A DNA stretch of 63,987 nucleotides, filler included, from Stramenopiles sp. TOSAG23-2 (taxonomy: Eukaryota), in the NCBI GenBank assembly GCA_900128395.1. It is 4 parts of 4 records of this genome, joined end to end, with 100 filler letters (N's around TTAATTAATTAA, not from the genome) between each part and the next. Parts side by side here need not be neighbours in the genome. Positions count along the whole stretch, not along the records: positions 1 to 16,647 come from LT649671.1; 3 more parts are not named here. One strand, 5' to 3'. A program made the position numbers and the translations under genes. Below the pieces are notes generated by a model. It saw only the letters and a list, made by a program, of their open reading frames with translations. It had not been told where the DNA came from and did no database searches. Every line of letters starts with the position of its first letter. Positions within the stretch are counted from its first letter, which is position 1. Shown piece by piece: positions 1 through 11,249 of this stretch.

Positions 1-58
1 ATCAGAAGGTGACGAATCTGATGTATACTTGAAAACTTTGATGAAAAAGAAGAAATAG
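1..58 (+). CDS. Probable 3' end of a gene running in from the window edge (...SEGDESDVYLKTLMKKKK*)
   Basis: Frame open from nt 2 to TAG at 56-58 with coding-like composition, followed by AT-rich sequence. No family recognised. Confidence 0.35.
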   Translation, partial: SEGDESDVYLKTLMKKKK

Positions 59-312
59 AAAAAAATGATGTAAACTAATATACTTCTTCGTATGCATATT
101 TATATAATGGAAAGAGAGTGTATGCCAGTATGTATGATATTTTTTTTTTATATGCATTTATTTATTATAATATCTCTAAGTATAATTAAAATGGATATAT
201 GCATATTTTAAAACTTAATTTTATTAAAAAAATGTATATGTTGTTCATACTTCATAAAATGATATTTTATACAAAAGAGATATTTAAAAAATATGTATTT
301 CATTTTTCACGC

Positions 313-2775
313 TCAAAATATACTTTTAAAAACTGTATTACACAACGATTCAACCGCATTTTGCGCATCTACTGGCGAATATCGTCCATCAATTAAAACA
401 ATTAATATTCTATCCCCTGCTTTTTTACCATACACCCAGCCGTCATTTGGTAATTTCACATGGATATCTCTAATTTCATCAAATGGTGGATATTCCTCAT
501 TTAATTTAATATAAATATCATTAATCATCCGTACAACTACTGGTGAATATGTCAATGCTAATTTCCTAGATAAAACTGCTGAATTATCAGGCCAATATGG
601 ATGATTCATAAGTTCGCCTGTCCCATCATTATTCGAATCTCTATTTGTTGATCCTGTTCCAGTTCTTCTTCTTCTTGATTTTTTACTTTTATAATTTTTA
701 TAATTCTTTTTGAATTGTTTTATATCAATTGCAGAACCAGCCACACCTTCAAGTTCTATTTTTAATGCTAAATTATTTCGATTAAAATAAATAAATTGAT
801 ATTTCGAGGCAATACTTCCTTTCTTAAACATGCGAGCATTTATCAATTGATATCCATCATGTAACATCTTCCCTAAGTTCTTCAAACCCTTTTCAGCGGT
901 TGGTTCAACATTCACACAAAATTCATTCATATTCTTTTCGTCCATTTTATCTGTTTGCACAGTTAAAACTAAAATCATTGGACCATGCTTGTATAGAACA
1001 AGACGATGTTGTGAATTTCTAAAATATTTCGGTTCATTCTTTGCGTTTTCCTTTGGGTTGGAATTCTTTAAATGGCCCTCGTAATAATATGTAGATAAAC
1101 TAGACCTTCGTCTCCATTTATTACCACGCACAAGTCGCACTTTTCTTTTCTCTTCTGTATTACTTTGCGTATTGTCAAAATCAACTTTGAATTTATCGTT
1201 ACCATTATCCGCTTCATTGCCTTCATCTGAATTCTTTCTAGTAGTAGTAGTAGTAGTAGTATCATCATTTTTATCATCATCATCGTCATTATTATTATTA
1301 TTATTATTAATATCAGCATTCATATCCTTCTGCGTGTTGTCTTCTTGATCATTTGGTTCTTCTTTTTCCTGTGGCATGGTACTAACCCCCTCTGCATTTT
1401 TATATTCATCTCGCAATTGCGAGCGAAGGCTATCATATTTTTTCACCAAATTTTCCCCATTCATATCTTCCACTGGTTCATTGATATCTTTGCGATCTTT
1501 ATTACGTGGAGGTATGCACAACGGAGGAGTAAACAAGGAGGATGGTCTTGAAGTTGTTTTTTTCTTATTAATGTTTTGATTACCACCATTGTTTATATTA
1601 TTTGTTGTCCCATCAACATCGTTGCCATTATCTTCTTTCTTAGCATTTTCGGGATTTGGTTTTACATATTCACCCCGCAAATTTGATAAAAACCCACTAG
1701 TACTTAGACGAACTTCTTTACTAGAACTTCTTAATCCTATCATTTCATGGTATCGTATAAATTTCAATAATAAACGCATATCTTCATGCCTTAAAGTATT
1801 CCATACCATATGGCCTTGGTACAATATAGATACACCCTCAATCGATTTAAATAAACGTTCTAAACTAATTACATATGCAAATACATCCAAGTAAGAGTCT
1901 TTATCAACTGGTAAATATTTAAAACCATCTAAACTATGAAAAAAATTTAAATTTGCAAAATCAATACTGTCTTTGACCATAGGAATCAATGTCCGTAAAG
2001 CCTCTCGTACAGGAATTGCAGGTGATAAAGGTTCTAATTCATTTAATTTTTTCTGTATTGTGCCATCCTTCAATTCATCAATATATCGTTGTTGCTTCTC
2101 CGAGACGTTGTCTAAATCTCCACGATCCCTTGCATCTGCATACCGTTGTGCCTTTCTTAATTTAATTCGACAATCTTGTATTTGTTTTATAATATTTTCT
2201 TCTCCCTCCAGCGGGTTATCATTTTTATCATTATTATTATTGTTGTTTTCATCATTATTTTTTATTGGAAAAATACTTGATGATATTTTCCCACGAAACA
2301 TTACATACATTTCATACATATCTGAGACAATATCATACAATATATTATCAGCAATTTCATCTACTGCAGAAACATATACCGATGGCGGCATTTTTCTCCT
2401 ACCAAATGCATTACTTATCCTACGTTTTTCTCGCTTTAATAAACTATCTTCCTCACGAACTTCCGCGGATACCTGAAGAAGGAAAAATGTTTCTGGTTCG
2501 ACTTCATGTACAATAACACGCGAGTCACCAAAATGTATTGTTTCAACAGGATTATTAGAATTAAAAGTTTTTGAAAAATCAATAAATCCTTCACATGTAT
2601 TTATAAAATGCAATTGTTCGGTAACAGAAGTATTTGATGGATAGAAATATAATATTTCCTCTGCAACTTCCTCTGGCGTTGCATCTTCATCTTCTGGTGC
2701 AAGTAAACGACAAAATACAGTACATTTAAGTAATTTTACAGGCGTTGCTTTGCTATTTTTTTTTTTCTCAGCCAT
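313..2775 (-). CDS. CCZ1: Vacuolar fusion protein CCZ1 homolog (longin domains, MON1-CCZ1 Rab7 GEF)
   Basis: 820-aa ORF. EEILYFYP...CEGFIDFSKTF...EVEPETFFLL, YQFIYFNRNNLA and DGWVYGKK...R match CCZ1/INTU longin motifs; poly-N/D inserts. Confidence 0.85.
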   Translation of the reverse strand: MAEKKKNSKATPVKLLKCTVFCRLLAPEDEDATPEEVAEEILYFYPSNTSVTEQLHFINTCEGFIDFSKTFNSNNPVETIHFGDSRVIVHEVEPETFFLLQVSAEVREEDSLLKREKRRISNAFGRRKMPPSVYVSAVDEIADNILYDIVSDMYEMYVMFRGKISSSIFPIKNNDENNNNNNDKNDNPLEGEENIIKQIQDCRIKLRKAQRYADARDRGDLDNVSEKQQRYIDELKDGTIQKKLNELEPLSPAIPVREALRTLIPMVKDSIDFANLNFFHSLDGFKYLPVDKDSYLDVFAYVISLERLFKSIEGVSILYQGHMVWNTLRHEDMRLLLKFIRYHEMIGLRSSSKEVRLSTSGFLSNLRGEYVKPNPENAKKEDNGNDVDGTTNNINNGGNQNINKKKTTSRPSSLFTPPLCIPPRNKDRKDINEPVEDMNGENLVKKYDSLRSQLRDEYKNAEGVSTMPQEKEEPNDQEDNTQKDMNADINNNNNNNDDDDDKNDDTTTTTTTRKNSDEGNEADNGNDKFKVDFDNTQSNTEEKRKVRLVRGNKWRRRSSLSTYYYEGHLKNSNPKENAKNEPKYFRNSQHRLVLYKHGPMILVLTVQTDKMDEKNMNEFCVNVEPTAEKGLKNLGKMLHDGYQLINARMFKKGSIASKYQFIYFNRNNLALKIELEGVAGSAIDIKQFKKNYKNYKSKKSRRRRTGTGSTNRDSNNDGTGELMNHPYWPDNSAVLSRKLALTYSPVVVRMINDIYIKLNEEYPPFDEIRDIHVKLPNDGWVYGKKAGDRILIVLIDGRYSPVDAQNAVESLCNTVFKSIF

Positions 2776-3645
2776 TGTTTCTCTCTATTTATTGGCTTTT
2801 TTCTATTTCTTTTTCAATAATAATTGTTATTGTTTCCTTTATATCATTTACTGTATATATAAATTTTGCTTTGAAAACAAAAATCAAATACAAAAAAAAA
2901 ACAACAAAGAATCGTGATAAATGCTTTTTCTATTTTTAAACATATACGCCTCTCTCTTGATATATTCTAGAGATCCCGGAGATATATATTTATATTTATT
3001 TTGGATCAATTCATTTTATAAAAGTTGTTGTTGTTCTGCATGCTGGCATGCTGCACTGCTAAAATACTGCTGAGGAGCACTTTTGATGCTCAATTAGTAA
3101 TAAGTAGTGAATGGTGTTGTGTTATTTTTTGGTTCACATATTACAGGAAAGATATCATTGCAACTTGTTCGGATATATACAAAACTAGATATCTGGGATA
3201 TCACAAAATGGAAATGTTGGTAATTTAAGGCATTAAAATGTGTAGCATATAATAGCATTGAATTCATAGTATGAAATTTTTTGATGATTGGTGTTGGATT
3301 TCTGGATTTCCAGAAGATTTCACTCCGATTATTATTACGGATCGGCAGAATTTTAATTTGGTGGAATTGGCGAGTTGTTCTTCCAATTTTAGCCTCTTTT
3401 GTTAATTTAAGGATTTGAATTATATTATAAATAGCAATACGTAAATTAATGTATTCTAAATATGATGAATTCTAGAATAATTGATTATGAAAATATTGGA
3501 AAATGTATCATTTATTCATATACTTGCATGTAATAATCATATATATTAACAAATACCTTAAACGTATTTATTCTAGCCACGACATATAATCGTGGAAAAT
3601 AACAGAGCACTAATATATAAGAAATATAGATGATAAAAAAGGAAA

Positions 3646-3737
3646 TGTGTGTGTGTGTGTGTCTGTCTCTTCTCTGTCTTTTTTTCTTCTCACTCTCTGA
3701 CTCTCACTCTCACTCTCTCTCTCTCTCTCTCTCTCTG
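3646..3737. repeat. (TG)n/(CT)n microsatellite upstream of a gene
   Basis: tgtgtgtg... and ctctctct... runs read directly. Confidence 0.9.
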
Positions 3738-3780
3738 CGTGTGCTGATATATATGTATACACAGATTAAGATAATACAAG

Positions 3781-4818
3781 ATGGAAGATAATATAAAAAG
3801 TAAACAAGAGCCACTTGTTAAAAAATGGAAGGAACCACCGGTAATTGAAAATAAAAATAGAAATGATATGAATAATTATAATAGTTGCAATAATAATAAC
3901 AATAATAATAATAAAAAAAACAATAATGTTTATAGCAGCTTATTGGTACGTGATATGTTTATAAAACTCCATTCATATTCTACCAATTTAATATTTCTAA
4001 AAATAAAACCGAAAGAAGTGATTGCAAAACTAAGGGCCGTAATAAATAAGTATAAACGAGATGGAATGGATATTACATATGAAATTTTAAAAACACCAGG
4101 AGAAACTATTCAAACAGTGAATAAGAGCCTTGAGAATGTTACTGATAATATAACAATAATTCAAATGATAAAAAAAACAAAACTTGTTGGTTTTAGGGAC
4201 AGAATATTGTTGCAAATTTTCCCAAAAAACAACGAACACGTTATAGTACAAATATATAGTAGATCAATTGATCAAAATGTTTACACTGCGCTTTGTAATT
4301 GCGAACCCCAAATGGCATATTACGCTTGTTGCTGTGGATTATTTCCTTCATATGATTATGGCGAAAATAAAAGATTTGTTTTTGAATTTGTTTCAGACCT
4401 TGACCATTCCTATATTTTTTTAGAAGAAGATGAAGTCAATCAAGCAAAAAATAACGCTTACAATCCACCAACACCACCAATAATACATCGTGATTCCTTT
4501 GGATGGGACGATAATACTAGCGAGATAGATACTGAAATCACAAATGTTAATAAAAAAGTTGTGTCTAGAAATAATGTTTTAGTGGATACATTACCAATTA
4601 ATGAGCAGCTAAATACGTTAAGCAGTCAACTCAGCAGTGGGAGTGATGGCGGTAAGAATAGTCCATCGCGTGGATACATTAAAGTTACTAAACAAAATTC
4701 ACCTGATTTTGTTACGAATAGTAATGAGGAGACACAGGGTGAAAAGGATACAATAACAAATGATGATGAAGAAGGCAATGACAGTAATGACAGTGGTAAT
4801 GCATGGTTTGAATTATAA
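3781..4818 (+). CDS. Hypothetical protein with a DUF1499-like domain
   Basis: 345-aa ORF. TKLVGFRDRI...VQIYSRS...DYGENKRFV resembles the DUF1499 GF.DD...S.SR...D.G.N..R pattern, with a Cys-rich insert. Confidence 0.55.
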   Translation: MEDNIKSKQEPLVKKWKEPPVIENKNRNDMNNYNSCNNNNNNNNKKNNNVYSSLLVRDMFIKLHSYSTNLIFLKIKPKEVIAKLRAVINKYKRDGMDITYEILKTPGETIQTVNKSLENVTDNITIIQMIKKTKLVGFRDRILLQIFPKNNEHVIVQIYSRSIDQNVYTALCNCEPQMAYYACCCGLFPSYDYGENKRFVFEFVSDLDHSYIFLEEDEVNQAKNNAYNPPTPPIIHRDSFGWDDNTSEIDTEITNVNKKVVSRNNVLVDTLPINEQLNTLSSQLSSGSDGGKNSPSRGYIKVTKQNSPDFVTNSNEETQGEKDTITNDDEEGNDSNDSGNAWFEL

Positions 4819-5147
4819 GTTTATTTTTTATAAATACGTATCATACATAAATTATTACGAGTAGTGTTTTAATATCATATAGTTGCAATACGAACTCTTG
4901 TATTATAAATATTTTATATAAAAAACAAATCCTTTTTACCGCTTGCTTCTTATCATATGATACTACGTAATCTTTTCATTCATCAACACACATATATGAT
5001 GTACACACATCTTTTTATTATTATTCTCGTTAGGTACTTTGAATTATTTCTATACCAAAGACATACCTAATTTTTATTGTTTATATAACACCGAAAGGTT
5101 TTGCTTCTTTCCTCTAATCCTTTCCTTCGTGTTTATTTTTTCTCTCT

Positions 5148-6157
5148 TTAATTACTCCCAGTTGAACTATTTGTTAATGTGGACCTAGCACTTGTTTTAG
5201 AAAATGCACTTCTTGGGCTTGCAATCTCAAGCATTTGTTTTGAAAGATCGGGAGAATTCGAATGGCTATGTCCTGTACTACTCCTTGGACTTTTTACTAT
5301 CTTCAAATTTTTTAGATTTAATCCTGGAACAGCTGGTGGCTGTGCCGTCAATTTTTGTGGAGATTTAGTAATTGTTGCAACCTCCTTATTCGTATCATCG
5401 TTGAAATCTTCAACGATTAATTTACCACTTCCAGCCGGTTCTAAGCTATTATCGAATACTGTGGTATCGTCTGATGCTTTACTGCTTTCTCTTGATTTAA
5501 ACATTTTTACATTTGGTGCTAAGCGCGCATATACTTCAGCTTCAACCCGGGCTTTGTCTTCCTTTTCGGTTTGTTTGTCATCCTCTGCAGGCCCTCTTTT
5601 AATTGGAGGTTCTACAAGTATTTCTTGTTTTGGTGACACTGGCTTTCTTATTGTCAAACTTCCTAAACCACGCAACTTTAACTGTGCCATTTCATAAACC
5701 GCATGAGGACCAGCACCGCCACTAGTACGACCATCGCCACTAGCTCTGTTTCGTTTTAATTCCTCTTCTATTTCTTCAAAGCTTTGTCTAAAGCTTTTCT
5801 CCGGCGTCCCTTCTATTCGATTCATAGCTTCAATAACTTGTTTCATATCTTGCCCACGGCGTAATGCTGCTGGGCCTGATTTGCAATTTCTTGGACGAGC
5901 CTTTTCTAAATAATCACCTTCATCATCCTCAACCGTTGTTTCGAAGACTTCAAAATCTGTACCAACGTCATCCAAACTATGTTGCTTTAATGCTTCTTTT
6001 AATTGACCTGAGATCAAAGTTCTTTCTTGCTCTTTTCGGAGCATATCAGCCTTTGTCCTTGCTAGAAGCAATTGAAGCTTATCAATATCTTCAATGGATA
6101 TCTCCTTTAACGTTAAATTCAGACTATTTTGATGAGCGAATTGATTAGAGCTTTGCG

Positions 6158-6198
<41 letters not shown>

Positions 6199-7460
6199 CC
6201 TTGCGACAATACATTTTTGCTTTTCTTGCTACTTTTATTATTTTTTTTATTATCACCATTCATTGAAATAGATGGAACAATCACGTCTCGTTTCTTACTT
6301 TTGGACGACGTGCGCTCTTTTGCTGCAGCTGCTGCTTTTGCATCCGCAGCAGCTTTTGCTTTTCTACGTCTAGACGATGGTCCCCATGAACTGGCGCGAC
6401 GGCGTTTCTCTTGCACTTCAGATCGCAGCATTTGTTGCGCAGTTGCGTCATTATCGCCATCGATGTAATACCCTTTTCCATTATTAACAATGCTTTTATT
6501 GACATTGTGATTGCTGTTGCCAACAACACCAGTCTGGGTTGACATGGTTGCTACTTTAGAAGGGGATGATGCCAACCATGGTAAAATAGGATTGCTGTCC
6601 ATAGGAAATGAACTATTTAAAAATTGCTCGTTCCTATCATACACATTTTTCGCATTTTTACTGTTGCTGTAGCGACCAACGGTGCGGCCATGACGTCTAT
6701 TGACTTTCGACATAATCATGCGTGAACTACCTTGCATATTATCAATATTTGGATTGACTTTTGGTGCTGACATTAACGCGCTAGGTTTTTCACGAGCGTT
6801 CAATTCAAATCCTCTTGAATCTTCCGTATTATCAACCATCATACTATTGTTACTTGTACCGCTACCACGGCCATAGCTACTACCGCCACTGCTGCTACGA
6901 TGATGGCCATAATTGCTATTCCTTTTACTTTTTAATATTTGTGTAACTTCACTCGAAGATGGACTTGGTGCACCACGACTACTCGTCTTCGTTGATGATG
7001 GTGTATTTGCATTAGCACCATTAATCTTCGCATCAGCAAACGCGGAACGTGATCCACCCCCAACGCTTCCTTTTGCATTCATTGCTGGTGGGCCTTGTGC
7101 CCATTTACCCCGTGGTGATTTTGCCTTTAAGCCGCGTGTCGCCGTCCTTGGACTAATTTTACCATCTCTATGTGATTTATGTGAGTGGTGTGGTGATGGC
7201 GTCCTGTTACTACTAGTACGAGCTGGGGATGTACGGGGACTAGTACGTGGACTTTTCCTCGAAATACCTGGACTTTTTCGAGTTTTCCCTTTCGTATTGC
7301 TTTTATTCAAAATCATATCTTTCGAACTATTGCCATTTGAGTCTCCATGATCTAAATTTTGTTGATTTGCATCAATTATTTTCATTTTATTGCCTCTTAC
7401 ACCAGCAATTTGATGGTCACCTCTTAATGGCCCCGACTTTTTCCGTTGTTGAGAGCTCAT
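5148..7460 (-). CDS. Hypothetical low-complexity protein (S/P/R-rich, poly-Thr)
   Basis: 770-aa ORF with many SPR motifs; a (GTT)n tract at about 6157-6198 encodes poly-T. Confidence 0.75.
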
Positions 7461-8876
7461 AATTTCAGGATATTTATATATATGTGTTACTATTTATTTA
7501 TTTTACTATTCTGGTTTCCGTATTATATGCAACGTTTCTGGTATTCGTTTGCTTTTATTTATTATATTGATTATATAATATTATTGCGATATAAACCAGT
7601 TAAATTATTTATTATTATTATTTGATGGAATATCTACTATTTTACTGTTTACTATGATATACTATCTCGATGATGTAAACCCTAATTATTTATCTATTTA
7701 TATGTTGTGTGGTGGCCTTCTTATAAAATACAACCAAGACAAAAAGAGTGTAAAAGTGTGTCAACGTTCAAGTTTAAAAAAACGTTTTTTCTCGCTTCTT
7801 ATTTTTATTTATGATGCGATTCTGTATGTAAAAGACTTTTTCACTTTTAAATCACCCAAAAATGTTCTCTAAATGTTCTAAAAATAACAAAAACTACACT
7901 AGTATTTATCAAATTATTCCCCTGTTCAGGCAAAAAAGGTCCAAATGAAGAGGAAAAAAGACACCTACCGAAAAATGTATTATCTATAAAACGAGTAAAA
8001 CTATATGAATCTCGAACGTAAATCGATGAAGCTTGTTCTATTCGTTTGAATTTGGTATGGTACTGGGCAATTTTGCTATGATAATTGTAATAGTTGAATG
8101 TCTCTACCGTTTTGTGTTGTATTTGACGGTGATGATCATGATCTATATTTATAAAGGTGAGAGATAATATATAAATATTTATCTAAACATATATTTGCTA
8201 TTATAAATAGTTGTTCCACATTGGCACGTTGCAGTTTTTTGTGTTTTTGTGTGGATAGCACCCCTTATTTCTATGGTAAAATCATAGCACCATATCAGGT
8301 ATAAAATACAATCCCCAAGAAGCTATTAGCAAAATATCTTAAATACAAGGGAAATAGTATTACATGCGTGTTATAATCACAAGCATGTTTTGTTACCTCT
8401 TTCGAGTTACCCGCTGCGCGGCCTGTGTTTATCGCTCGGCTCAATCAGCACTCGATTCTACCTACACACTCTATCAACTACATGTAGATTATCAGATTTA
8501 TAGTCATATGTGCATCTAAATGTGTGTGACGAACCAAAAAACCTTTGAGCTCTCCCAGTGTTTCTTCAAGCCTACCACAGAAATTTCTTTGTGCCAGTTT
8601 TTGTGCATTTCCGACTACTTTTGTTTTGTTTTTGCGGCGGGCAAAAAATAATAATATTTCTGTATCTTAAAGCCCGTGGGATTCCATAGTCCTGTGTGTT
8701 AATTTTATATTATTATATCATATATAAATCGGAAATATGAAAGAAAAATGGAATTTTGAGAAAGAAAAAATCGAACGAAAAAATCGAAAAAAAACCCTAA
8801 CTTGGAACATATATGTGGGACAAAAAATAGAATTATTTATCATTTATAATAAAACACAACATATATAATTCTTTTT

Positions 8877-10463
8877 TTACAATATTTTTTTGTTTTCTAC
8901 ATTACTAATATCACCCAATACATTGTTGATGATAAATTTCTTTGTTAAAAGTTTATCATCATTATTAGTATTATGTATACTATGTATCTTCCTACGAACG
9001 CTCGGATTCATACAACGATTATTTGTGTTCTTATTATTTGTTCTAAATTTCAATTCTTCCACAAGGCTTTGACGTTTACTTCTTGAATTTGGTGACATTA
9101 AAATATTCTTCTTATTATACAAATTCTTTTGACTTTGTACATTTTTTGCGATGGGAACTTTTCCTGCTAATGGTGTTATCATATTTTCATTTCTTACATT
9201 CAAATGATGATTTTCAATTTTATTTTCCATTCCATTGAAAGTTGAAGCCCATGATTTATTTGTTAATATTTTCCAATTTAATCTTATGCTAGATATTGTT
9301 GAAATACATGAAACAATAAATATTAACAACGGAACAACATCATACGTATTGTTAATTGTAAAAAATTTAGATCGATTGATTGAAAATGACAATAATAATT
9401 GTGGTAGAAATTTTAGAAACAGTTCTAAAAAGACCAATTTATTTAATAATGCAATATCAACTATTAAATCATCTCTTGGTAAATTCAACATATTATTGAC
9501 TAAACGTTTACGTCTTAAATCAGCATTTTCTTTAATTTCTTTAATTATGTTTACACTATTTACATTTGCTGTTGTAATACTATTGCTTCTATTACGTCGA
9601 TGCCTTTTTTTAGTTGATAATATTACATCGTTTAGCTTCAATTTTTTTGATTCTTCTTTCATATTTAATAATCCACTTGATGAAGATGGATAATCTATAT
9701 TTACTATTGACAAGATGGACCACCAACTTTTGCAAATAGATGTAATACATATTATTTTACTAGCAAATAAAATTAAACCCACGAATGCCCAAATAGGCAT
9801 TACAAACATAAGAAAAGCAAATATTTTAACCAAACTAACAATATTATTGTACAAAAATTTTGTTGAGACCCACTTGCCTTTTTTCCTCTCGTTTTTTTTA
9901 TTATTATCGCCATTATTATTATTATTATTATTACTACTACAACAGTTGTTTCTATTATTAATATTATTATTATTATTGCCATAATAAATACCCTTGCCAA
10001 TAAGCCATATAAATGGAATATTTCCAAGAAATAATGAAACAGTATAGTACAAAATACGAGCATTTTTCGGCGCATTATGAAAATTTTTTGATTGAAAATA
10101 CATAACTTCACTAACAAGTGTAATAAAAGCAACTATACATGTAAAATAGAATGACGCCCATTCCCATTTTGTAGTTACAAGCACACGGTGTTCATAATTA
10201 TCTAATAATATACGTTTTCTTTGATTTATAATCTTATGATTTGACTTTTCTAATCTTTTTAATGTTGGACTTTTTATAAGATGACGTTGATATGAAGAAG
10301 AAAAAGGAATCGTAACTTTATCACCACGTTTTTTCTTTGTTGATCGTAGTGGCGTTTTTAAATTTGATAAATACCTATCTCTGAAAGAATCAGAAGACGA
10401 CTTATTATTTGAAATATTTTTTGTGACATTTTCCATATTATTATTATTATTTTCTTTATACAT
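8877..10463 (-). CDS. Hypothetical multi-pass membrane protein
   Basis: 528-aa ORF with about 5-6 hydrophobic segments. ELFLKFLPQLLL loosely recalls the XK-family E..PQ motif. Confidence 0.7.
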   Translation of the reverse strand: MYKENNNNNMENVTKNISNNKSSSDSFRDRYLSNLKTPLRSTKKKRGDKVTIPFSSSYQRHLIKSPTLKRLEKSNHKIINQRKRILLDNYEHRVLVTTKWEWASFYFTCIVAFITLVSEVMYFQSKNFHNAPKNARILYYTVSLFLGNIPFIWLIGKGIYYGNNNNNINNRNNCCSSNNNNNNNGDNNKKNERKKGKWVSTKFLYNNIVSLVKIFAFLMFVMPIWAFVGLILFASKIICITSICKSWWSILSIVNIDYPSSSSGLLNMKEESKKLKLNDVILSTKKRHRRNRSNSITTANVNSVNIIKEIKENADLRRKRLVNNMLNLPRDDLIVDIALLNKLVFLELFLKFLPQLLLSFSINRSKFFTINNTYDVVPLLIFIVSCISTISSIRLNWKILTNKSWASTFNGMENKIENHHLNVRNENMITPLAGKVPIAKNVQSQKNLYNKKNILMSPNSRSKRQSLVEELKFRTNNKNTNNRCMNPSVRRKIHSIHNTNNDDKLLTKKFIINNVLGDISNVENKKIL

Positions 10464-11249
10464 GTTGATATAATATGTGCTATATTTTTTTTGTGGCTAT
10501 ATATATAAATAAATATATTTATTTGTATACTGTATTTTTTTTCTATATGTGTGTGTATTAAATTTGTCAATATATCTTTAATGGTTTTTGTTTGTTTGTA
10601 TAATTTTAACAAACAAACAACGGTCACTACTATCACTCAAATGTTTGCACCACCCATATACCCACCCTGGAAATTAGCAGGCAAATACGCATACTACGAT
10701 CTACCAGGTTAAACCTAGCAATGACAGTATACTGTTAAGTACAAGATATATTATCGTTACAATAAATGTGCAAATAATAATTTATAATAAGAAAAATTTA
10801 TTAATAATTTATTTACTAACTCGAATAGCAGTTGTAAACATTCCTAAAGAAGCATGTAAACAATTCATTGGAAACTAGAAACGATTGAAATAATAGTAAC
10901 AACTCTATTTTATTTATCATCATCATTATTATTTGTTTATATTATTAACATTATTCTTGTGTCTTAAGAAAACACGTTTTTTTTTTGTTTTTCCAAATTA
11001 GTATTATAAATAAAATAATTATTATTTTTATAACTAAAAAAGTAATTTTACTATTGGTAAAGTTAGTGCAGTTGAAATAATATATAAATAGTAAATATAT
11101 ATATATATATATACAAAGGGAATTAAATCATTCTTTTTTGACAATACAACTATAATAAATATTGTAATAAATAACAGTCTGTATATATATATATATATAC
11201 ATACATTTCGTGTAAATAAACATATTAAAAAAAAATAAATAAATAAATA

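Noticed and set aside
7880-8830. About 1 kb of unexplained intergenic DNA with small hairpins (8402-8456) and one AAACCCTAA
   Set aside because: No terminal repeats, ORF, second copy or recognisable RNA motif; it cannot be supported beyond being promoter or decayed sequence.
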